Of a DNA stretch of 54,541 nt, positions 28,133 to 36,203 are shown piece by piece. Source of the DNA: a virus (Duplodnaviria; Caudoviricetes). Made by a program: the position numbers and the translations under genes. Position 1 is the first letter of the stretch; each line of letters starts with the position of its first letter. Location: the IMG/VR virus record IMGVR_UViG_3300025133_000137, positions 1 to 54,541 of that record; one strand, written 5' to 3'. A model generated the notes under the pieces. The model was given only the letters and a program-made list of their open reading frames with translations, ran no database searches and was not told where the DNA came from.

Positions 28133-28950
28133 GCTGACCTCTTCGGTTTGGTTAAGTTAATTGCCCACTCTATGTTCTCTTTTGCTAGCTTCTTCCAGTA
28201 TCCTCTTGCTTTATTATCGTGGTTGATGAACCCTACTACCTCTGGTCCCTCTTCCTTAGGGTCACAAAGCCCACAATTATTACATGTTAATGGCCTTTTC
28301 CCTAAGGCTGTCGCCATCTGCTCATAGCAAACAACCCCTTGCTTACCAGCAGGAGTAGTGAAGGTAGCTCCATTCTCGTTAAGCCAACCAGAAGGTAGGG
28401 TTACTGTCGCTCGACTAAACCCTAGAGCATCTATCACATAGTCAGCTTGAGCGAACAGCCCCATCTTCAGTCCCTTAACAGGGAGAGAAGCACAGTAGAG
28501 GTCTTGATCTCCCCGCCTAGCTACCAGGAAAGGGAAGTGAGTATAGCTAAGCCAACCTAGTTCCTCTTCCCTAACCTTGTCATGAGCAGAGCGTACCTCC
28601 TTAGGGTCACATCTAGCAGAGTCCCCTAGCATTACGTTCCTAACGTACTTAGCTGACCAGGAACGACCAGCTAAAGCTCGGTCAATGGTGTAGTGGGTAA
28701 GTACTTCAGCGTACTTACCTGCATCCTTCCACCTCTTAATCTTCCTAGCCATACTAGAGTGTGCCATCCCTGGTGTACCGGGATGGGAATAGCAGTTATC
28801 ACCGCTGTCAGCATCCTCTCTAGTTGGGTCTAAGGGGCAGCCCTTACAGGAAGCGTAGCTCTCCTCCCTAGTCTCTCCTACATAAGAGACTGGGATAGCC
28901 CCTAGCTTAGTTGCTGTTGTCGCCTTAAGCCACAGTAGTTTAGGTTTCAT
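28129..28950 (-). CDS. Cys-rich radical-SAM-like phage protein (Gp88/DUF7227-like)
   Basis: KLGAIPVS, SCKGC...CY, R..MLGD, SYTH, C...TCNNCGLC, VGFINH. Confidence 0.6.
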   Translation of the reverse strand: MKPKLLWLKATTATKLGAIPVSYVGETREESYASCKGCPLDPTREDADSGDNCYSHPGTPGMAHSSMARKIKRWKDAGKYAEVLTHYTIDRALAGRSWSAKYVRNVMLGDSARCDPKEVRSAHDKVREEELGWLSYTHFPFLVARRGDQDLYCASLPVKGLKMGLFAQADYVIDALGFSRATVTLPSGWLNENGATFTTPAGKQGVVCYEQMATALGKRPLTCNNCGLCDPKEEGPEVVGFINHDNKARGYWKKLAKENIEWAINLTKPKRSA

Positions 28951-29177
28951 CGGACACTATCCTTTGGCTTACCTGTTAGGTTGGCTAAGCTTATGTGGAA
29001 CCTACGTTCAGGCTCCGGGTCGCCTTCCTCTACCCTACGGTCTGCTAGCCGTTGGCTTTCCTTCGCTATGGACTGAAGAGATGTTAGTAATCTCTCGTCG
29101 ATAGTCCTGACTACCTCCTCTAACTGCATCATACTTAAGTACAATGCAGCCTCTTGTTCATCCAGTTCGACAGCCAT
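28947..29177 (-). CDS. Hypothetical early protein
   Basis: ggagg RBS, TAATG coupling. Confidence 0.55.
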   Translation of the reverse strand: MAVELDEQEAALYLSMMQLEEVVRTIDERLLTSLQSIAKESQRLADRRVEEGDPEPERRFHISLANLTGKPKDSVR

Positions 29178-29500
29178 TAGATCCCTCCTTCGAAGAGATG
29201 AGTTAGGTCACCTGCTTTTATTGCTGAGTCCCACTCTTTATCAGTCCAGCTAGGGTAGTGCTTAGCTCCTTCAGGGATAACCTCAAGGTTATCGGGGTTA
29301 GCTGCGAGGAATGCCTCAATCCCTGCTTCACTATCAAAGCCAGGGACTACCTGGCATTCATCCTCTAGCTCATCTTCATCACGGTTACGGAGATACTCTC
29401 GTGCCTCCTCTGTAAAGATACCTACCCAACCTGTACCAGGTATACATATCTCTTCTACTTCTACTCCTGCTTCTATGCCTTCTACGAATAGTAATCCCAT
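29177..29500 (-). CDS. Acidic hypothetical protein, first gene of the leftward early operon
   Basis: gaggag RBS before ATG 29500; very D/E-rich. Confidence 0.6.
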   Translation of the reverse strand: MGLLFVEGIEAGVEVEEICIPGTGWVGIFTEEAREYLRNRDEDELEDECQVVPGFDSEAGIEAFLAANPDNLEVIPEGAKHYPSWTDKEWDSAIKAGDLTHLFEGGI

Positions 29501-29593
29501 CGTCTTCTTCTCCTCTATTGTTTCTATTAATAAATATCTAAGTAGCATATCGAGTGAGCCGGTTTCGTCGTCGGTTTGCTCGGTGCTGGATTG

Positions 29594-29622
29594 AGCTTAT
29601 CGTTCGGTGTCACCGCCGTCAA
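29594..29622 (-). promoter_or_regulatory. sigma70-like promoter TTGACG-17-TAAGCT with GGTGACACC in the spacer
   Basis: Near-consensus boxes on the minus strand, heading the leftward operon. Confidence 0.7.
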
Positions 29623-29939
29623 GGTTGAATTTGATTCTCGGCGTTGGCTGGTGGTTTTGCAGGTCGGTGCAAATCAGGGCGGCGTGGTGCATCGGTCGTT
29701 TTGAGACATCGGAAAAGGTAACCAATGGCATCAGCGTACCTCCTATTGGCGTACCTCCTTGTATATCTTTACGTATTGGGAGGGAAGCGGGCAGGCGATA
29801 GGCAAGGTCAGAATCATAAAGCCTTATAATGCCATAGATAAGGGGTCGAATTAGGGGGGTTTGCGCCAGTTGCACCACGACCAGCAGGAAAAGGTAACCA
29901 GCGAAAGGTGACGTTTGCGGCTGAATATCAAAATGGTGC

Positions 29940-29968
29940 TTGCATGGTGTCACCAGCATGACGATACT
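29940..29968 (+). promoter_or_regulatory. sigma70-like promoter TTGCAT-17-GATACT with GGTGTCACC in the spacer
   Basis: Upstream of 30019, with an A-rich tract upstream. Confidence 0.55.
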
Positions 29969-30018
29969 GGAATCGGGTCGCAATTCAGCGCCCATTAATA
30001 GAATAGAAAGAGGAAAAA

Positions 30019-30786
30019 ATGAAACATTCACTAAACGCGGAATCAACACTGCGCAGAATCGTAGAATCGGCACCTATGTTAGATAAGGTGGGTATGCTCG
30101 AAGAGTGCGCGCATGACTATATATACAATGAGGCTACAACTAGCCCTATTGTAGCGTCGGCAATGAGTACGGTGTTTGCAGAGGTAAATTACAAGCCCAA
30201 CAGGGACGGGGGATTTACCACGTCTAAAGCAAAGCTCAAGGCTCGGCTCATGGGGCAACTGGCGAAAGTGTTAGCCGCCAAAGCAGCGCCACCAAAGAAG
30301 CGGGGATTCGACATCAACGACTACCTACCTGAAAATGAGAAGGAAGAGACCTTCCAATATGGCGGGCTAAGTTTTCAAGGGAAGGACCCATGGACAGAAC
30401 GACCTTCAGAAAAGGTAAAGCCCCCCACACCAGAGACCGAATTAGAACGGCTTCAACGTGAGTTGCGAGAAATGAAGGCTTTGCTAGCCAAGCCCGAAAC
30501 GCGAAAGACAGCCCAACCGGATGTGATCGCATGCAAGCTTACAAAGCTTACCCCATCGGCAGCGGACAAATACCCTGCCACCGTGAATATTAAGGTGTGG
30601 GTAGGAAAGAAGGCTACAAGCTATAAGCTCACATTTGGTGGTGATCTAACGACCTATGACAAGATAGCCGGTCAAAATGTTGTAGTAGACAAGTCCAAGG
30701 TGCTAACTAGTGATGTTCGGAAGGAGTTAGCCCTCGCTTGGGAGCGCGCTACCATGACTTTCGCTAATATTGACCAGTGGCTATAG
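30019..30786 (+). CDS. Hypothetical protein (rightward island)
   Basis: agagg RBS, 255-aa ORF after the promoter. Confidence 0.7.
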   Translation: MKHSLNAESTLRRIVESAPMLDKVGMLEECAHDYIYNEATTSPIVASAMSTVFAEVNYKPNRDGGFTTSKAKLKARLMGQLAKVLAAKAAPPKKRGFDINDYLPENEKEETFQYGGLSFQGKDPWTERPSEKVKPPTPETELERLQRELREMKALLAKPETRKTAQPDVIACKLTKLTPSAADKYPATVNIKVWVGKKATSYKLTFGGDLTTYDKIAGQNVVVDKSKVLTSDVRKELALAWERATMTFANIDQWL

Positions 30787-30926
30787 GTAGTCCAGAAGAG
30801 GGGATCACTATCTTCGTATTGGTGGTCCTTTCGATTCCCTGGATACTGATAATACTAGGGATCACACCCTATTAACGAGAACAAATAAACCTAAGAAGCC
30901 CCCACAAGGGGGCGAAGGAATAAAGA

Positions 30927-31247
30927 ATGAAACCATTTAATAATACTAGGTCTGATACGTGGCAGAACGATTTGAACACCCGGCGTTTGCTTCGTATGTT
31001 GTTAGAGAATTCCCCTCGTATGGTGGGTATGTTTGAAGTAAATGAGAACGGGTTCATAGACGATAGCGGAGCTTTCTATATCGGGCAGCTAATGCCCCTT
31101 CATGCTAGTGAGGAGCTTTCCCATATTCGGAACAGGCGGATAGATCTCGGAGCAATTGGAGGTGATCGTTACGTGTTTATGTTGGTTGAAATCAATCAAC
31201 TTGAACGCCTCCCCCGATCAATCTTGACCCAACAAGGAGGTGTGTAA
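30927..31247 (+). CDS. Hypothetical protein
   Basis: aagga RBS; preceded by hairpin gccccc-acaa-gggggc. Confidence 0.6.
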   Translation: MKPFNNTRSDTWQNDLNTRRLLRMLLENSPRMVGMFEVNENGFIDDSGAFYIGQLMPLHASEELSHIRNRRIDLGAIGGDRYVFMLVEINQLERLPRSILTQQGGV

Positions 31248-31552
31248 TGACACCTAAAGCTGACAGGATAGGGAGTGCGATCGGAACTGGTGACGGGGTA
31301 GGTATGGAATCTACCTTGTCTATACGCGAAGGTAAGATCACGCTATACGAGGGCCAGGTCTGGACGGGACCCGGTAGGAGCTATTGGTCGGTATCGCTAG
31401 TACCGCATGGACGCTACACTCAAGTGAAGGAGTTCACGCGAGAGATCGTGGTTCCTCTATGGTTGGCCGAGTTAGCAGAAGCAGCGAGAGGTGACACAAT
31501 GGCCGAAATTCAATTCCTCAAATGGCTACGTGAAGAGGGTATCCTAGACTAG
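31247..31552 (+). CDS. Hypothetical protein
   Basis: aaggaggt RBS, TAATG coupling. Confidence 0.6.
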   Translation: MTPKADRIGSAIGTGDGVGMESTLSIREGKITLYEGQVWTGPGRSYWSVSLVPHGRYTQVKEFTREIVVPLWLAELAEAARGDTMAEIQFLKWLREEGILD

Positions 31553-31576
31553 TCATCACCAGTCGCTGGTAGTCCC

Positions 31577-31615
31577 TACCTCGCTTGGCCTATGCCGGGC
31601 GGGGTATTTTTATTT
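31577..31615 (+). terminator. Rho-independent terminator
   Basis: GC-rich stem tacctcgcttggc / gccgggcggggta (with G-U pairs) followed by tttttattt. Confidence 0.75.
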
Positions 31616-31860
31616 GCAAGATATAGGGCTTTTCCTCTAGGCTATCCCCTAGCTGCCCCTAGTCTTTACTAGGCTATACTAGGTCCGGACTAGCCTGGCC
31701 AGGCCTACATAGAATATCACGCGCGCGCGGGGCACCCCCTCCAAGGGGGGGCCTCAGCCGAAGGCTGAAGGGCCCTCTTGACACGGCAAGTCTTTTTTGC
31801 CCGACAGAAAGCTATGACATTTTCTTGACAGATGTAAAAAACCAGGTTCGCTCGTTGCCT

Positions 31861-32161
31861 GGGACAATATCTACGTCCCAGAAATCGTATATCGTCCCAG
31901 CTACGTCCTCGGATACCCGGCGTTCTAAGGGGGTCGAGTACTTAAGAGGACGATATGACAAAGGAACCCCCCATATCAGCTTCGTAGAACGCCTATGCAA
32001 ATCGCTCTCTATATAGAGGCGAATCTGCACATGCACTCTAGGGTCCCCTGATACTTTTTTACGTCTACATCGTCCTCGATCGCGATAAGCCTGTTACAAG
32101 CCCTAATCTCCGAGGACAATATCGAAAAAAAGATTGTCCTCGGGGACACAGATGTCGTCCC
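31861..32161. repeat. Cluster of about 10 short RGGAC(R)/(Y)GTCCY repeats in both orientations plus an 11-bp inverted repeat; candidate replication origin
   Basis: Non-coding, directly upstream of the primase-helicase operon; ccgaggacaat (32110-32120) / attgtcctcgg (32133-32143). Confidence 0.55.
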
Positions 32162-32196
32162 ACACCTGTAAAATCGTGGTAATCTTTGTGACGCCC

Positions 32197-32225
32197 TTGC
32201 ATCGGTTGTCCATCTGTGCTAGGCT
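32197..32225 (+). promoter_or_regulatory. sigma70-like promoter TTGCAT-17-(TGn)TAGGCT
   Basis: Upstream of the aggag RBS and ATG 32250. Confidence 0.6.
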
Positions 32226-32249
32226 CTGAACATTCACCCAGGAGAACCA

Positions 32250-32453
32250 ATGCCAGACGAACACCAACACAGCCACCGCTGTCTCACTGTAAAAGAAACA
32301 GCAAGAAGGTTGGGGGTTTGCCCTCACACCGTCTACACCCTCGTCCGTGAGGGGGACCTACCTGCATTCCGCGTGCGCAACCAGTGGCGCGTAAATGAAA
32401 CTGCTCTAGATCAGTACATGAACACCGAGAATCCCACCCCCTCTGCCCCATAG
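32250..32453 (+). CDS. Excisionase-like (HTH_17) DNA-binding protein
   Basis: LTVKETARRLGV..HTVY.LV..G.LPAFRV..QWRV. Confidence 0.85.
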   Translation: MPDEHQHSHRCLTVKETARRLGVCPHTVYTLVREGDLPAFRVRNQWRVNETALDQYMNTENPTPSAP

Positions 32454-32459
32454 GACATA

Positions 32460-34958
32460 ATGAACACTTCCCAAGAGCCTAATCTCCAGGCCAATCGACA
32501 GGAAATCCGGGCTGCTCTCGGTGCCCTCTTCAATCAGGGCGATATAGTAGAGCTTCGCGCCTTCATACCATCTAATTACAGCGGTAAACCTAATATCATC
32601 GCGGGCTACTTCGATGACTTCGACGTTCTTTCCAACACAGCAGCAGACATCTCCAATGCGGGCGCTTATGGTTTATACATAACCCCACAAGTGATTAAAG
32701 AAGACCTACTAGCGAGAGCGTTAAACAAAACCAAAAAGGGAATTAAGACAACTTCAGATAAAGATGTTCTAGGTTATCGTTACCTACTCATCGACATAGA
32801 CGCGAATCGCGTATCTGGTGTTAGCTCTACAGACGAAGAAAAGAAAGCAGCCTTCAATAAGCTCAAAGAAGTCTTTTATTACCTCCGAGCCGAGGGCTGG
32901 CCAGAGCCGATCTTTGGTGACAGCGGAAATGGGGCTCATCTCCTCTACAGCGTAGACCTACCCTCGGACTCAGACCTAGTTGAACGCTGTCTCAAGGCCC
33001 TAAGCTTCCTATTCGACGATGATAAAGTTATCGTAGACCAGAAAGTCTTTAATCCCGCAAGGATCTGGAAGCTCTACGGAACCGCTACCCGGAAAGGAGA
33101 CTCAACCCCGGAACGCCCCCATAGAAAAGCCCGACTCCTTAAAGCTCCAGACCATCTCGAACGAGTCACTAAGAAATCCCTTAAGAAACTCGCTAAGAGA
33201 ATTCCGCCAGACCCTTCGCGCTCAAAACTTGGCTCAGCAGGAACAGAACGGGCGAAATTAGCTACATGGATTCACCAGAACTTCAAGGACGGGATTACTG
33301 GCCCTATCTCCTGGCCAGGGAAAGGTGTCCGCTGGCTATTCGACGAATGCCCCTGGGACCCCGACCATCGGGACCGAAGTGCTTTCATCGTTCACTTCGA
33401 TCGGGGAGGCATCGCAGCAGGGTGCCATCACGAAGACTGTGAGGGAAATAGTAGTAAAAACAGCAAAGGGAACTCAGGTTGGACCCGGCTTCAGGGAAAG
33501 TTTACCAAAATGAAGCCCCCTAAGCCCCCGTCAAACACCCCACTAGGCCCTATAGCCGCCCCAACTCCCAACAATCCTGGCTATACGGACACCGGAAACG
33601 CTTTACGGTTGGTTCGAGCCCACAAAGAAGTCATTCGTTACGTCCCGACGTGGCATAAGTGGCTTGTCTTTACTGGCAGACGCTGGGCTCCCGACGAATC
33701 CCAGCAAATCATGCAATATGCGAAGACCTCTATCGACGCGATGTACGTAGAAGCCTCGGGGCTCGCACAAAGTGAGCCAGCAGAAGCCAACAAGCTCTTC
33801 AAATGGGCCGTAAAATCCGGATCAGCCTCGTCACGCAGAAATATGATTAGCCTAGCAGAGTCGGAACCAGGTGTCCCAATCAAAACATCGAAGCTAGACT
33901 CAGATCCTTGGAAGCTTAATCTCCTAAACGGTACGCTTGACTTAAAAACAGGGGAACTTTATGCGCATAAACGGGAAGATATGCATACTAAGCTCGCGAA
34001 AGTGGAGTATGACGACAAAGCAAAATGCCCAATCTGGGATGAGTTCATGCTTACCATCATGGGAGGGAAGGAACATCTAGTTGATTACCTTCATGCCTAT
34101 ATGGGATACTCAATGACCGGGGTGATTACCGAACAGACGCTTGCTTTCCTTCATGGGACAGGCAGCAACGGTAAGTCCACCTTCCTGACAACTCTGCAAC
34201 GACTAATGGGGGACTATGCAAGGCAGGCTGCACCTGAACTATTGCTTTCCAAGTCAATGGGGAGCGACCACCCAACCTCAATTGCAGACCTCCAGGGGGC
34301 AAGGTTTGTAACGACATCGGAGATTGACCGAGGGAGACACTTTGCGGAAGCACTTATCAAGCAACTCACCGGAGGCGAAACGGTTAAAGCCCGTTTCATG
34401 CGGCAGGATTTCTTCGAATTCGAACCGACCCACAAACTCTGGATCGCGGCAAACCATCGACCAATTATCAAGGGAAATGACTGGGCGATATGGCGAAGAA
34501 TCCGTCTCATCCCCTTCGAGGTTGTTATCCCCGATGAGAAACAGGATAAGAATCTCCCTTACAAACTCATCGAAGAACTCCCCGGTATTCTGAACCGAGT
34601 TCTGGCCGGCTGCTTACGCTGGCAGGCAGGGGGCCTTTCAACCCCTGATGAGGTCATGGTTGCTACCGAGGAATACAAGGATGAGATGGATCTCCTTAAA
34701 GAATTCCTTGATGACTGGTGTGTCAAGCGGCCAAGTGTCCGAGTCGAAGTCTCGGTTTTGTATGAACGCTACCTAGACTGGTGTGACTTGACTGGAGATA
34801 GAAAGCCAATTAACAAGAAGTACTTAGGTCGTCTGCTCAAGGAGAGAGGCTTCAAGCAGTGCAAGAAAAGTGGTCATCGAGCATGGGAGGGATTGGCTCT
34901 TAAGCCGAGAAACCCAGCGGCCAATCAAAGGTCCGAGAAGTCGGCTAGGTGGAACTAA
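32460..34958 (+). CDS. Primase-helicase (AEP-like primase, Zn-binding linker, D5/P4-type SF3 helicase)
   Basis: LLIDID, DSGNGAH, NPARIWKLYGT; CPW..H...CHH..C; TDTGNA; GTGSNGKST; KQLTGGE..ARF; AANHRP; WRR. Confidence 0.92.
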   Translation: MNTSQEPNLQANRQEIRAALGALFNQGDIVELRAFIPSNYSGKPNIIAGYFDDFDVLSNTAADISNAGAYGLYITPQVIKEDLLARALNKTKKGIKTTSDKDVLGYRYLLIDIDANRVSGVSSTDEEKKAAFNKLKEVFYYLRAEGWPEPIFGDSGNGAHLLYSVDLPSDSDLVERCLKALSFLFDDDKVIVDQKVFNPARIWKLYGTATRKGDSTPERPHRKARLLKAPDHLERVTKKSLKKLAKRIPPDPSRSKLGSAGTERAKLATWIHQNFKDGITGPISWPGKGVRWLFDECPWDPDHRDRSAFIVHFDRGGIAAGCHHEDCEGNSSKNSKGNSGWTRLQGKFTKMKPPKPPSNTPLGPIAAPTPNNPGYTDTGNALRLVRAHKEVIRYVPTWHKWLVFTGRRWAPDESQQIMQYAKTSIDAMYVEASGLAQSEPAEANKLFKWAVKSGSASSRRNMISLAESEPGVPIKTSKLDSDPWKLNLLNGTLDLKTGELYAHKREDMHTKLAKVEYDDKAKCPIWDEFMLTIMGGKEHLVDYLHAYMGYSMTGVITEQTLAFLHGTGSNGKSTFLTTLQRLMGDYARQAAPELLLSKSMGSDHPTSIADLQGARFVTTSEIDRGRHFAEALIKQLTGGETVKARFMRQDFFEFEPTHKLWIAANHRPIIKGNDWAIWRRIRLIPFEVVIPDEKQDKNLPYKLIEELPGILNRVLAGCLRWQAGGLSTPDEVMVATEEYKDEMDLLKEFLDDWCVKRPSVRVEVSVLYERYLDWCDLTGDRKPINKKYLGRLLKERGFKQCKKSGHRAWEGLALKPRNPAANQRSEKSARWN

Positions 34959-35833
34959 TGGGTAAGCCGACAGGATTGCGTGGGGAGAGGCTTTGGCGGT
35001 TTGCGACTGGGGCCTGTAATTACCCTTCAACAGCTTGCGTTCACCATGTCATTCATATGGGACTTCATTTCCAGAGTGACCTGGCCTTTGCGGAGTTTTC
35101 ACCTAAAGCGGTCAAGCAACTTCTTTTCACGATGGGGCAAATTCGAGGCAATCTTAGGACGGGTGGTTATATCACTTTGAAAGGAGAAAAGAATGTGGAG
35201 ATTGCTTCTTGGATTGAAGGTACTCCTGTTTTCAAGAAGTGGATCATGTCTCCACAAGCTTTCGTCGCCCCAGAAGCTTGGCCCGGTGACACAGAAAAGA
35301 TGTTTCAGTTCTATGGGGAGGTTCCTTCGCCTTACGAGGTCGCAGGACTAAGGGCATCTGTGCATACCGTCCGAGGAAAGTGGCATACCCATGCTGTCTC
35401 AGTTTTGATGGCGTATGCTTGTGGGATGTCTATCGAGATCATGGAAGAGGGGATGCAGATTGACCGGAAGTACATCCTAGCGGACATGATAACCGGGGTT
35501 GAGTCACTGTGTTCGATTCCGCAGTTCAGGCTATGGTGTCATAACCTAGATCTTTCGCTGGTTACCCTTCCTCCACTCGTAGGCTATACCCTAAATGAAC
35601 GCCTTGAAATCTTTGATGCGTTACAGACCCATCCGTTTAACGTGAAAACTCCTGCTTGCCGGGCTCTCCTAGACGCACCCTTTTTTAAGTCTTATGCTAA
35701 ACTGAAACTGCTTCCGTCTCGACCGAAGTTACGTCCTCCCATGGGGACACCAATCGTCGGGCCCCCTCGACTTAGGAAAAAAGATGTCCAAACGGCGAAA
35801 GATACCCACGAGAAGGTCGCCTCCAGCAAGTGA
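34958..35833 (+). CDS. Hypothetical protein, possibly a late-gene regulator
   Basis: TAATG coupling to the primase; sits between the replication and packaging genes; weak HTH-like segment. Confidence 0.55.
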   Translation: MGKPTGLRGERLWRFATGACNYPSTACVHHVIHMGLHFQSDLAFAEFSPKAVKQLLFTMGQIRGNLRTGGYITLKGEKNVEIASWIEGTPVFKKWIMSPQAFVAPEAWPGDTEKMFQFYGEVPSPYEVAGLRASVHTVRGKWHTHAVSVLMAYACGMSIEIMEEGMQIDRKYILADMITGVESLCSIPQFRLWCHNLDLSLVTLPPLVGYTLNERLEIFDALQTHPFNVKTPACRALLDAPFFKSYAKLKLLPSRPKLRPPMGTPIVGPPRLRKKDVQTAKDTHEKVASSK

Positions 35834-36203
35834 TGGTGCTGATTACTCTGCTTGGTTGGCTCAAGTCCCTCTCGATAAGCGCGAAGTAATCTCTAAGTTC
35901 TTACGGACAAATCCCGTTAAGGACTATGAAGATGTTCTAAACTTTAGTCAATTTCTGCTCGCAGAATTGGTAGAGGGAAACATTACTCCTGTCATCGCGA
36001 GAGAAGCGCGGAACTATCTAGAGCTAATCTTTACGATCATCGCTACCAAGAATTCTGCGATGGGGACCCCAGGAAATGCTTACATGGATATCATCGGGGC
36101 TCTAATCTCTGTTAAGCAAGAGGCTCCGAGGCTTACGGCAAGCTATACAACAGATGCAGAAATTATTGATGTTGAATCGGAAAGGGTTGAGAAGGTTGGA
36201 TGA
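35784..36203 (+). CDS. Putative terminase small subunit
   Basis: Coupled (ATGA) to TerL; helical, with C-terminal DAEIIDVE strand. Confidence 0.55.
   Translation: MSKRRKIPTRRSPPASDGADYSAWLAQVPLDKREVISKFLRTNPVKDYEDVLNFSQFLLAELVEGNITPVIAREARNYLELIFTIIATKNSAMGTPGNAYMDIIGALISVKQEAPRLTASYTTDAEIIDVESERVEKVG

Noticed and set aside
29597-30073. 158-aa minus-strand ORF in the ORF track
   Set aside because: It overlaps both divergent promoters and the start of 30019, has no clear RBS, and has a non-protein-like composition.
31778-31853. Two TTGACA hexamers as promoters
   Set aside because: No acceptable -10 box at 16-18 nt spacing.
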